Origin: a virus | Lineage: Duplodnaviria; Heunggongvirae; Uroviricota; Caudoviricetes | Direction: 5' to 3' (one strand) | Virus record (IMG/VR): IMGVR_UViG_648276671_000010 | Location: 1 to 4,379 of that record | Length of the DNA stretch: 4,379 nucleotides | Part shown: positions 1-4,379 of the stretch, piece after piece | Layout: every line of letters starts with the position of its first letter | Numbering within the stretch: the first letter of the stretch is position 1 | The notes under the pieces: generated by a model | What the model was told of the DNA's origin: nothing | The model's database searches: none | Seen by the model: the letters and a program-made list of their open reading frames with translations, nothing else | Program-made: the position numbers and the translations under genes

Positions 1-221
1 CATTTATCGGGTGTCCATAGCGAAGTTCATAGCCAGCCGGTAGCTGGACTTCCCTTGCCTCCAGTTCTGCAATGCGCTTGTCTTTGGCTTCCAGTTCATC
101 AAGAACCGTTTTTTATGGCTGGTGAATGTGTCGCATAACTCGCAGCCGGACCGGCAAGCATTATCCTGAGCTGCGTTTTCGCTTTTTCCGTGTTCATTTG
201 GTTCATTACCTTATTTAGTGG

Positions 222-629
222 CTATATTCCCCAATAGAACGTTAGTATACGCTGCATAACTTCGCTTTCCCGGCACTCGCTACAGATTATGTTCTGACGC
301 CTGTCATAACGACGTATTTCTCCGTCTGGTAATGACCAGATAAGGTCCGGATCAACCACAGATGTTTTTTTCTTCAGCTTTGCCCTTGAGAGTTTTTTGC
401 GGGCATTTTGCCAGTCCTTACGAGCCTGTTCTGACGGGAATAACCCGTAGCCAGAATTGTATACATCGCCACTGGCAACCAGCTCTCTGGCGAGAACACT
501 CATCAGATATCTTGTTGCCCCGGTTTTAGCTTCCAGTTGTCGTAACGTCTCGCGCCCACTCTGGCGTACAAGCTCAACAACCTGCCCTTTAATTTTTTCC
601 CACTCTTCTTGTGTAAAAACTTTTGCCAC
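222..629 (-). CDS. hypothetical prophage protein (135 aa), function unknown; last visible gene of the minus-strand early operon
   Basis: ORF from the six-frame track. GTG start at 629 with GGAGG Shine-Dalgarno (complement of 634-638) 4 nt upstream. Same orientation as, and 40 nt downstream of, the replication-protein gene. No family recognised by eye. Confidence 0.55.
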   Translation of the reverse strand: MAKVFTQEEWEKIKGQVVELVRQSGRETLRQLEAKTGATRYLMSVLARELVASGDVYNSGYGLFPSEQARKDWQNARKKLSRAKLKKKTSVVDPDLIWSLPDGEIRRYDRRQNIICSECRESEVMQRILTFYWGI

Positions 630-669
630 AAGTCCTCCTGAAAATTACCTCATAAGCTGAAATAAACAC

Positions 670-1740
670 TTACCCCCTGAAGCCCGGCGGAATTTCGGTA
701 TCCGGTTCAGAAATATGATTCACACAACGCTGGTTGTTCGTGCCGCTTACCGGGAGCAACCAGGGGTTTTCAAAATTCCGGTCCGGTCCAAAAAACGTCG
801 TAGCTCGCTGAACAAATTCCGTTCCCGTTTTCCCTGTAGCCGCCAGGTATCTTGCGTAACGCCTCACGCCATCCAGCATGGCCTCTGGTGGCACCCCCTC
901 GCGTAATCTGGCCTTCCAGGCACTGAAAGCGGATTTCTTCGGGTTTGCCCCGGCACGCAACGGGTACTCCCGCCAGACCTGTTCGAACACATCCGGATAA
1001 TCCACTCGTCCCACAGACTGCCCGGTGCTTTCCGGGACTACCCGATCGGCTTCCCGCTGAATGGCGGAATCGGCTTCAGGCTGTTGCAGTTGGTGTGATT
1101 GCTCCGGCCTTGCGGTCATCACCTGCTGCACAGCGCCCGAATCGGCTTTCAGCGCATACGCTGAATCGGCTTCCGGTGTCGTGCCTGCTGTCTGACCAGG
1201 ATTGACGGTCTGAACATCCCCTGCCTGGTTCGTGGCGTTTTTTACGCCATGGACCATAGTGTTTTGATCTTCTTGATCTGTATCTGTATCTGTATCTTTA
1301 TCTGTCGTGACTCGTCGTGACATGTGCGTGACATTTCGTGACGCGCCGTGACAATCGCCATTTTGTTCCCGCTTTCTTTCCCTCTCTCGCTGCGCCCTCT
1401 TGCGCTCTGCAGGAGATTTTGCGGTTTGCGAAATATTGCCGTTGTCCTCTTTAAGCACCTGGCGTTTTTCCCATCCAGTGATTAAATCACCATCAAGTAC
1501 CCGCCCCTGCATCGTCTGCAAAATTGAATCAATTACCTCTTCTGTCACGTCGAGCGCACTTGCCAAATCTTCTGTCGTGACATCAATGTGACCTCGCGTG
1601 ACATTTCGTGACGCGCTCACCAGGAGGTGGATATACACTGCCATCACTGTTGCAATTGGCTGCCCTGACACCCTGGCAATTGTTCGCCACTTAGGGTCAT
1701 TTGGGATGTCATGCCATAATCTGAGCCAGGCGTTAGCCAT
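670..1740 (-). CDS. phage replication initiator, functional analog of lambda O (YdaU-like): N-terminal region, acidic low-complexity linker (ERKRAQRERERKREQ, KDTDTDTD), C-terminal domain
   Basis: Track ORF is 670..1746 with a GTG at 1746. The in-frame ATG at 1740 has a GAGG SD (complement of 1746-1749) at 5-nt spacing that overlaps the GTG, so the start is placed at 1740 (protein MANAWLRLWHD...). Sits in the O position after the cro-like and cII-position genes and contains phased iterons in its coding sequence. YdaU-like assignment is from memory. Confidence 0.7.
   Translation of the reverse strand: MANAWLRLWHDIPNDPKWRTIARVSGQPIATVMAVYIHLLVSASRNVTRGHIDVTTEDLASALDVTEEVIDSILQTMQGRVLDGDLITGWEKRQVLKEDNGNISQTAKSPAERKRAQRERERKREQNGDCHGASRNVTHMSRRVTTDKDTDTDTDQEDQNTMVHGVKNATNQAGDVQTVNPGQTAGTTPEADSAYALKADSGAVQQVMTARPEQSHQLQQPEADSAIQREADRVVPESTGQSVGRVDYPDVFEQVWREYPLRAGANPKKSAFSAWKARLREGVPPEAMLDGVRRYARYLAATGKTGTEFVQRATTFFGPDRNFENPWLLPVSGTNNQRCVNHISEPDTEIPPGFRG
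1281..1304. repeat. hexanucleotide tandem repeat (TATCTG/TATCTT) x4 inside the replication gene; encodes the DKDTDTDTD linker on the minus strand
   Basis: Direct reading: tatctg tatctg tatctt tatctg at 1281-1304, AT-rich, next to two GATC sites (1266-1269, 1275-1278) and immediately upstream of iteron cluster 1. Confidence 0.8.
1306..1352. repeat. iteron cluster 1: five direct copies of CGTGAC phased at 10-11 bp (putative ori iterons)
   Basis: CGTGAC at 1306, 1316, 1327, 1337 and 1347 on the plus strand; spacing matches the DNA helical repeat. Lies in the linker-coding part of the O-like gene, as lambda ori does within O. Confidence 0.65.
1575..1612. repeat. iteron cluster 2: four direct copies of (C/T)GTGAC phased at 10-11 bp
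   Basis: CGTGAC at 1576, TGTGAC at 1587, CGTGAC at 1597 and 1607. The 21-bp string gcgtgacatttcgtgacgcgc occurs exactly at 1326-1346 and 1596-1616; tctgtcgtgac occurs at 1301-1311 and 1571-1581. Confidence 0.6.
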
Positions 1741-1811
1741 ACTCACCTCTTCTGATACCGAATCTTTTTACTCACGAGTTGCCGGAAGCGATTCGATATG
1801 GCTATTATCAC

Positions 1812-2237
1812 TCAATGCACTGCCACAGCATTTCCTGCCGGGCCACCACGGTTCATCTGATTGAAACCGGCGATTGCCACTGCGACAAAATCATCAGCGT
1901 CTCTCACCAGTCGTTCCCGCGTCTCCACCAGCTCCCGAAAATAGGCTGAACTGTGGCTGCGCATTCGGGCCACCAGCAGAGGTGGCATTGCTTTTTCGAT
2001 CGCTGGTAACAACGCCTGAATTTTTTTAACCGCATCAGGGGTGTCTTTCTCCACCCAGCGGAAAATTTTCTGAGTATTGCGAGCCAGGGCTTCCGGATGG
2101 CTGTCGTCATACAGTTCCGGGAACGTCATTCCCAGCTCGAAATACGCTTTGGTAATTTTCGCAGCCGGTACTTTTTCGCCGTCCGGATGTGCCCAGGCAT
2201 TCATCGCCATGCGGATGTGCTCATGCTTGATTTTCAT
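1812..2237 (-). CDS. ydaT: YdaT-like protein, occupying the cII position of the switch
   Basis: 141-aa track ORF beginning MKIKHEHI. ATG at 2235-2237 overlaps the upstream cro-like stop in an ATGA arrangement (translational coupling); GGGAG SD 7 nt upstream. Family assignment from memory of Rac YdaT; needs blastp. Confidence 0.75.
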   Translation of the reverse strand: MKIKHEHIRMAMNAWAHPDGEKVPAAKITKAYFELGMTFPELYDDSHPEALARNTQKIFRWVEKDTPDAVKKIQALLPAIEKAMPPLLVARMRSHSSAYFRELVETRERLVRDADDFVAVAIAGFNQMNRGGPAGNAVAVH

Positions 2238-2497
2238 GAATCAACTCCCGCAGCTGGTTGTGTGTTAGCCTGATAGTCAACAGGTATGCCATCGGTTGGG
2301 TTGGGGTAAGTATTGCTATCAATCTCGTGCGGGGTCACTACCCACCCTGTTGCTTCACACCAGCGTAAAATTTTTTCCCCCGTAAGTTTCGCCCGTCCAG
2401 TAATGACATGGCTTACCATCCCTTGGGTTGCCCCAACAATTTCAGCAAACTTTTTCTGGGTTATACGGGAATGATGCAAATATTCTCCAAGCTTCAT
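2234..2497 (-). CDS. Cro-like HTH DNA-binding regulator (YdaS-like)
   Basis: Track ORF 2234..2509 (MRRTMKLGEYL...). The internal ATG at 2497 has a GAGG SD (complement of 2503-2506) at 5-nt spacing, whereas the 2509 ATG has none, so the start is placed at 2497 (87 aa). HTH-like motif ITQKKFAEIVGATQGMVSHVITG. First gene transcribed divergently from the repressor. Confidence 0.75.
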   Translation of the reverse strand: MKLGEYLHHSRITQKKFAEIVGATQGMVSHVITGRAKLTGEKILRWCEATGWVVTPHEIDSNTYPNPTDGIPVDYQANTQPAAGVDS

Positions 2498-2527
2498 TGT
2501 TCGCCTCATGTTATGTGATCACGAACA

Positions 2528-2569
2528 TTAATAGCATTGTTATTTTTGAAAGTAAATAGCATCACTATT
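2528..2569 (-). promoter_or_regulatory. PR-like early promoter with two operator sites: site A 2530-2544, site B 2555-2569; -35 TTTACT (complement of 2551-2556), extended -10 TGcTATTAA (complement of 2528-2536)
   Basis: Read on the minus strand: AATAGTGATGCTATT (site B) and AATAACAATGCTATT (site A), centres 25 bp apart, are 7-1-7 inverted repeats sharing a perfect TGCTATT promoter-proximal half. A 17-bp spacer separates the -35 and -10. Predicted start near 2520, about 24 nt before the cro-like ATG. Confidence 0.6.
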
Positions 2570-2604
2570 TCAAAGAGATTAGTAATCTTATTAGAATTGA
2601 AGGT
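2568..2604 (+). promoter_or_regulatory. PRM-like repressor maintenance promoter: -10 TAGAAT 2592-2597, weak -35 near 2569-2574; transcript predicted to start at or next to the ATG (leaderless)
   Basis: TAGAAT ends 7 nt before the ATG at 2605, and no SD sits at usable spacing (AAGG is 1 nt from the ATG). The weak -35 abuts operator site B, whose centre is about -43 from the predicted start. Geometry parallels lambda PRM/OR2. Confidence 0.4.
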
Positions 2605-3104
2605 ATGAAAAGAAAACCCCTGTCAGAGATCGACCTACAAGCAGCCCAGAGACTGAAAGAAATCTGGACGACAAAAAAACTCAACTTGGGTTAACCCAAG
2701 AGCGTGCGGCAGAAATTCTGGGGTTTTCGACACAAGGGGCAGTAAGTCATTACCTAAATGGTCAGACACCTTTAAATCTAGAGGCTGTTATCAAGTTCGC
2801 TGGGTTGCTGCAAGTTCCGCCCGAGTCAATTAGACCAGATATGGCAGACTTGTTACGAATTGTAAGGATGTACCCCCAAGAACCGCAGCAGGATAATGTT
2901 GTCGCTTTACCCGCAGAGATGGAACAATCGGAAAACGAACTTCCGTTTAATATAGAACCTATAGAGCGAGATTTGATCCAGACGTTCAGGGCTTTCCCAA
3001 AAGAAGACAAAGAGAAAATGCTTAAGGAAATGAAGGAGAAAAAAGAATCAATTGAAGAAACCGTTGCGCGGTGGCTAGAGGCGCAAAAAGGTCGTCGCGC
3101 CTAA
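2605..3104 (+). pseudogene. cI-position prophage repressor (XRE/cI-type HTH, PaaR-like, no S24 peptidase domain), interrupted by a 1-nt frameshift in this sequence
   Basis: ATG at 2605 reads MKRKPLSEIDLQAAQRLKEIWTTKKLNLG then TAA at 2692-2694. The HTH continues in the -1 frame (LTQERAAEILGFSTQGAVSHYLNGQTPLNLEAVIKFAGLLQVPPESI...) to the TAA at 3102-3104. Restoring one base in GGGTTAACC gives a 166-aa protein whose N-terminus parallels lambda cI (KKxxLGLSQE). The first canonical start in the downstream frame is TTG 2805, after the HTH. Confidence 0.6.
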
Positions 3105-3121
3105 TCTGAGGAGGTTAGAAC

Positions 3122-3313
3122 ATGAGTACAGCCCTTTCCCCGATAATTTCAGAATTTGAAACAATCGAACAAGAAAACAGCTATAACGAATGGTTACGCA
3201 CCAAAGTGGCAGCAAGCCTCGCAGACCCCTGTCCTGCAATTCCACATGACGAAGTAATGGCTGAAATGGAAAACCTTATTGCTCAAATAGCTTCGACGAA
3301 CAGGAGTGAGTAA
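3122..3313 (+). CDS. type II antitoxin (63 aa), PaaA-like partner of the ParE toxin
   Basis: GAGGAGG SD at 3108-3114, 7 nt before the ATG at 3122. Its stop overlaps the toxin start (TAATG at 3311-3315). Small acidic protein; the motif SEFETIEQENSYNEWLR matches my memory of PaaA2. Starts 17 nt after the repressor stop, so it is co-operonic with the repressor. Confidence 0.75.
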   Translation: MSTALSPIISEFETIEQENSYNEWLRTKVAASLADPCPAIPHDEVMAEMENLIAQIASTNRSE

Positions 3314-3603
3314 TGCTACCCATTTTATGGCTACCTTCTGCGCGTGATGATTTGCGTGAGATTGTGACCTATATTGCCAAAGAAAGCCCTCCCGCTGCAC
3401 GTAGACTAAAAATGCGCATTGAAACATCAGTTTTGTCACTAACTGAGCACCCTTACCTGTATCCACCAAGCGAAAGAGTTCCAGGCCTTCGTGAGATAGT
3501 GACCCATCCTAACTACATAATACTTTACCGAGTAACAGCATCTAACATCGAGATCGTAAATGTAGTTCACACACGAAGGCAGTATCCAAACAAAAGCTGT
3601 TAA
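3313..3603 (+). CDS. parE: type II toxin, ParE/RelE superfamily (ParE-like, 96 aa)
   Basis: AGGAG SD at 3302-3306. Typical ParE/RelE length and motifs (N-terminal LPILWLPSARDDLREIVTYIA; C-terminal GLREIV...YRV...IEIVNVVHTRR). Translationally coupled to the upstream antitoxin. Confidence 0.85.
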   Translation: MLPILWLPSARDDLREIVTYIAKESPPAARRLKMRIETSVLSLTEHPYLYPPSERVPGLREIVTHPNYIILYRVTASNIEIVNVVHTRRQYPNKSC

Positions 3604-3617
3604 TCATTCCTGCCAAC

Positions 3618-3639
3618 AACCACCTTTGGGTGGTTTTTT
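3618..3639 (+). terminator. intrinsic (rho-independent) terminator ending the repressor-antitoxin-toxin operon
   Basis: Stem AACCACC (3618-3624) pairs with GGTGGTT (3629-3635), loop TTTG, followed by a T-run to 3639. Lies 15 nt after the toxin stop. The reverse complement has no trailing T-run, so it is unidirectional. Confidence 0.6.
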
Positions 3640-3658
3640 CTTGCTCTTCAAAAAAAAC

Positions 3659-3700
3659 AATAGCATTGCTATTTACACAACAAAATATCAATGCTATTGT
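3659..3700 (+). promoter_or_regulatory. PL-like early promoter with two operator sites: site C 3659-3673 (perfect AATAGCA-T-TGCTATT), site D 3684-3698 (AATATCA-A-TGCTATT); -35 TTTACA 3672-3677, extended -10 TGcTATTGT 3692-3700
   Basis: Same 15-bp inverted-repeat motif, same 25-bp centre spacing and same overlap with the -35/-10 as at PR. 17-bp spacer. An A-run (3650-3657) lies upstream. Predicted start near 3707. Confidence 0.6.
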
Positions 3701-3876
3701 TCATTCATCAACCCACCCCGCCCCACAGAATGCAGGGCAATACTTCGAGTTACCAGGTAGTGGTCAGGGGTTAAGTAGCCAGCCCGAGGCGTAAGAACAT
3801 GACGGCAGGGTTCAACTTTAACTATGCAGCAGGTTTTTGTTCCGCTACCCCGGCGTTAAGGGGAAATGAGGTCAGC

Positions 3877-4029
3877 ATGGATACTATCGATCTTGGCAAC
3901 AACGAGTCTCTGGTATACGACGTGTTTCCCAACCAGGACGGCACGTTCACGGCGATGACGTATACCAAAAGCAAAACATTTAAAACCGAAGCTGGCGCGC
4001 GTCGCTGGTTAGCCAGAAACACTGACTGA
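3877..4029 (+). CDS. small early-operon protein (50 aa), YdaF-like; alternative in-frame start at 3799 would give 76 aa
   Basis: Track ORF 3799..4029. The internal ATG at 3877 has a GAGG SD (3867-3870) at 6-nt spacing; the ATG at 3799 has GAGG (3786-3789) at 9-nt spacing. The shorter product matches the roughly 50-aa length I remember for the YdaF family. Start uncertain. Confidence 0.5.
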   Translation: MDTIDLGNNESLVYDVFPNQDGTFTAMTYTKSKTFKTEAGARRWLARNTD

Positions 4030-4040
4030 TGAGGTTGACG

Positions 4041-4379
4041 ATGGAATTTAAAGATTTACCAAAAGAAATCCAGTCCATTGCTGCAACGACACTTAGTGAT
4101 AGCCTGGTGGAAATTAACCCGGCATACATCAAAAAGGAAACCATCGATAATTTGGTTCGTAATGTGCGCGATGCGTTTACCGGATTGTACTCCGTTTCGG
4201 TAACAAACAACCAGAATACTGAAGAAGCTGCAAAGCGGAATGCCTCGGTGACGGGTTTTCATGTCGAGGAAAAGTATTCAAAAAAAGAATTCTGGAAAAC
4301 TGCAAAAAAAATTGCAGAGCGAGAACTGTCATCTCCTGCGGCAATCGGTTCTTTCTATGAGGAAAGTTATTCAGATGAC
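4041..4379 (+). CDS. hypothetical early-operon protein, 3' partial (at least 113 aa; runs off the window end)
   Basis: ATG at 4041 with GAGG SD (4031-4034) at 6-nt spacing; open frame with no stop through 4379 (MEFKDLPKEIQSIAATTLSDSLVEINPAYIKKETIDNLVRNVRDAFTGLYSVSV...). Not in the track because it has no stop inside the window. Function unknown. Confidence 0.6.
   Translation, partial: MEFKDLPKEIQSIAATTLSDSLVEINPAYIKKETIDNLVRNVRDAFTGLYSVSVTNNQNTEEAAKRNASVTGFHVEEKYSKKEFWKTAKKIAERELSSPAAIGSFYEESYSDD

Noticed and set aside
95-114. Possible terminator hairpin before the T-run at 109-114
   Set aside because: The stem is only 4 bp (GTTC/GAAC) and the T-run is on the plus strand, whereas the adjacent operon is on the minus strand. 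Not convincing.
1306-1612. CRISPR array suggested by the repeated CGTGAC units
   Set aside because: The units are 6-7 bp at a 10-11 bp period, with no 25-40 bp repeats or unique spacers, and they lie inside a coding sequence. They fit replication-origin iterons, not CRISPR.
1756-1799. Inverted repeat CGAATC...GATTCG between the YdaT-like and O-like genes, as a possible tR1-like attenuator
   Set aside because: Only 6-bp arms with a 25-nt loop and no U-tract. Too weak to call.
2581-2598. Possible third operator (OR3-like) overlapping the repressor promoter, around the TAATCTTATTA palindrome
   Set aside because: Its match to the AATAGCANTGCTATT consensus is poor. Noted only as a possible degenerate low-affinity site.
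2686-2694. Programmed -1 ribosomal frameshift joining the two repressor frames
   Set aside because: No canonical slippery heptamer (X XXY YYZ) or obvious downstream stimulatory structure is present; a 1-nt deletion or sequencing error is more parsimonious. Left open only as a minor alternative.
2805-3104. Stand-alone 99-aa CDS starting at TTG 2805, as listed in the track
   Set aside because: It would encode only the C-terminal part of the repressor without its HTH. The upstream ATG at 2605 plus an in-register HTH in the adjacent frame makes a single frameshifted repressor gene the better explanation.
3641-3657. boxA-like sequence TGCTCTTCAAAAAAAA resembling antitermination boxA (CGCTCTTTA)
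   Set aside because: It lies upstream of the PL-like -35 and downstream of the operon terminator, so it would not be in the PL transcript. It more likely acts as an AT-rich upstream element or is coincidental.
457-4262. Track ORFs lying antisense to or inside better-supported genes (457..660+, 715..906+, 945..1205+, 1400..1591+, 1598..1864+, 1904..2110-, 2077..2268+, 2762..3010-, 3194..3469-, 3822..4022-, 3980..4210-, 4056..4262-)
   Set aside because: Each overlaps a longer ORF on the opposite strand or in another frame that has a proper SD, operon context and recognisable protein features. These have no RBS support and are most likely shadow ORFs.

Overview
This window reads as the immunity and replication switch region of a lambdoid, Rac/CP-933P-type (probably cryptic) enterobacterial prophage. 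The minus strand carries the rightward early operon: a Cro-like HTH gene, a YdaT-like gene in the cII position, a lambda O-like replication initiator with phased iterons inside its own coding sequence (putative ori), and a 135-aa unknown ORF. The plus strand carries a cI-position repressor gene that is frameshifted in this sequence, then a translationally coupled antitoxin/ParE-toxin pair in the slot lambda uses for rexAB, an intrinsic terminator, a PL-like promoter and two small early genes (the last runs off the window). Four 15-bp operator-like inverted repeats sit in two pairs at identical 25-bp spacing, each overlapping the -35 or -10 of the divergent early promoters. From memory the repressor/antitoxin/toxin trio resembles the paaR-paaA-parE three-component module described in E. 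coli O157:H7 prophages, so the system itself is probably already described; nothing was searched and all family names need BLAST/HMM confirmation. The most checkable oddities are the repressor frameshift at a 16-bp perfect palindrome, the operator/promoter architecture and the intragenic iteron clusters.
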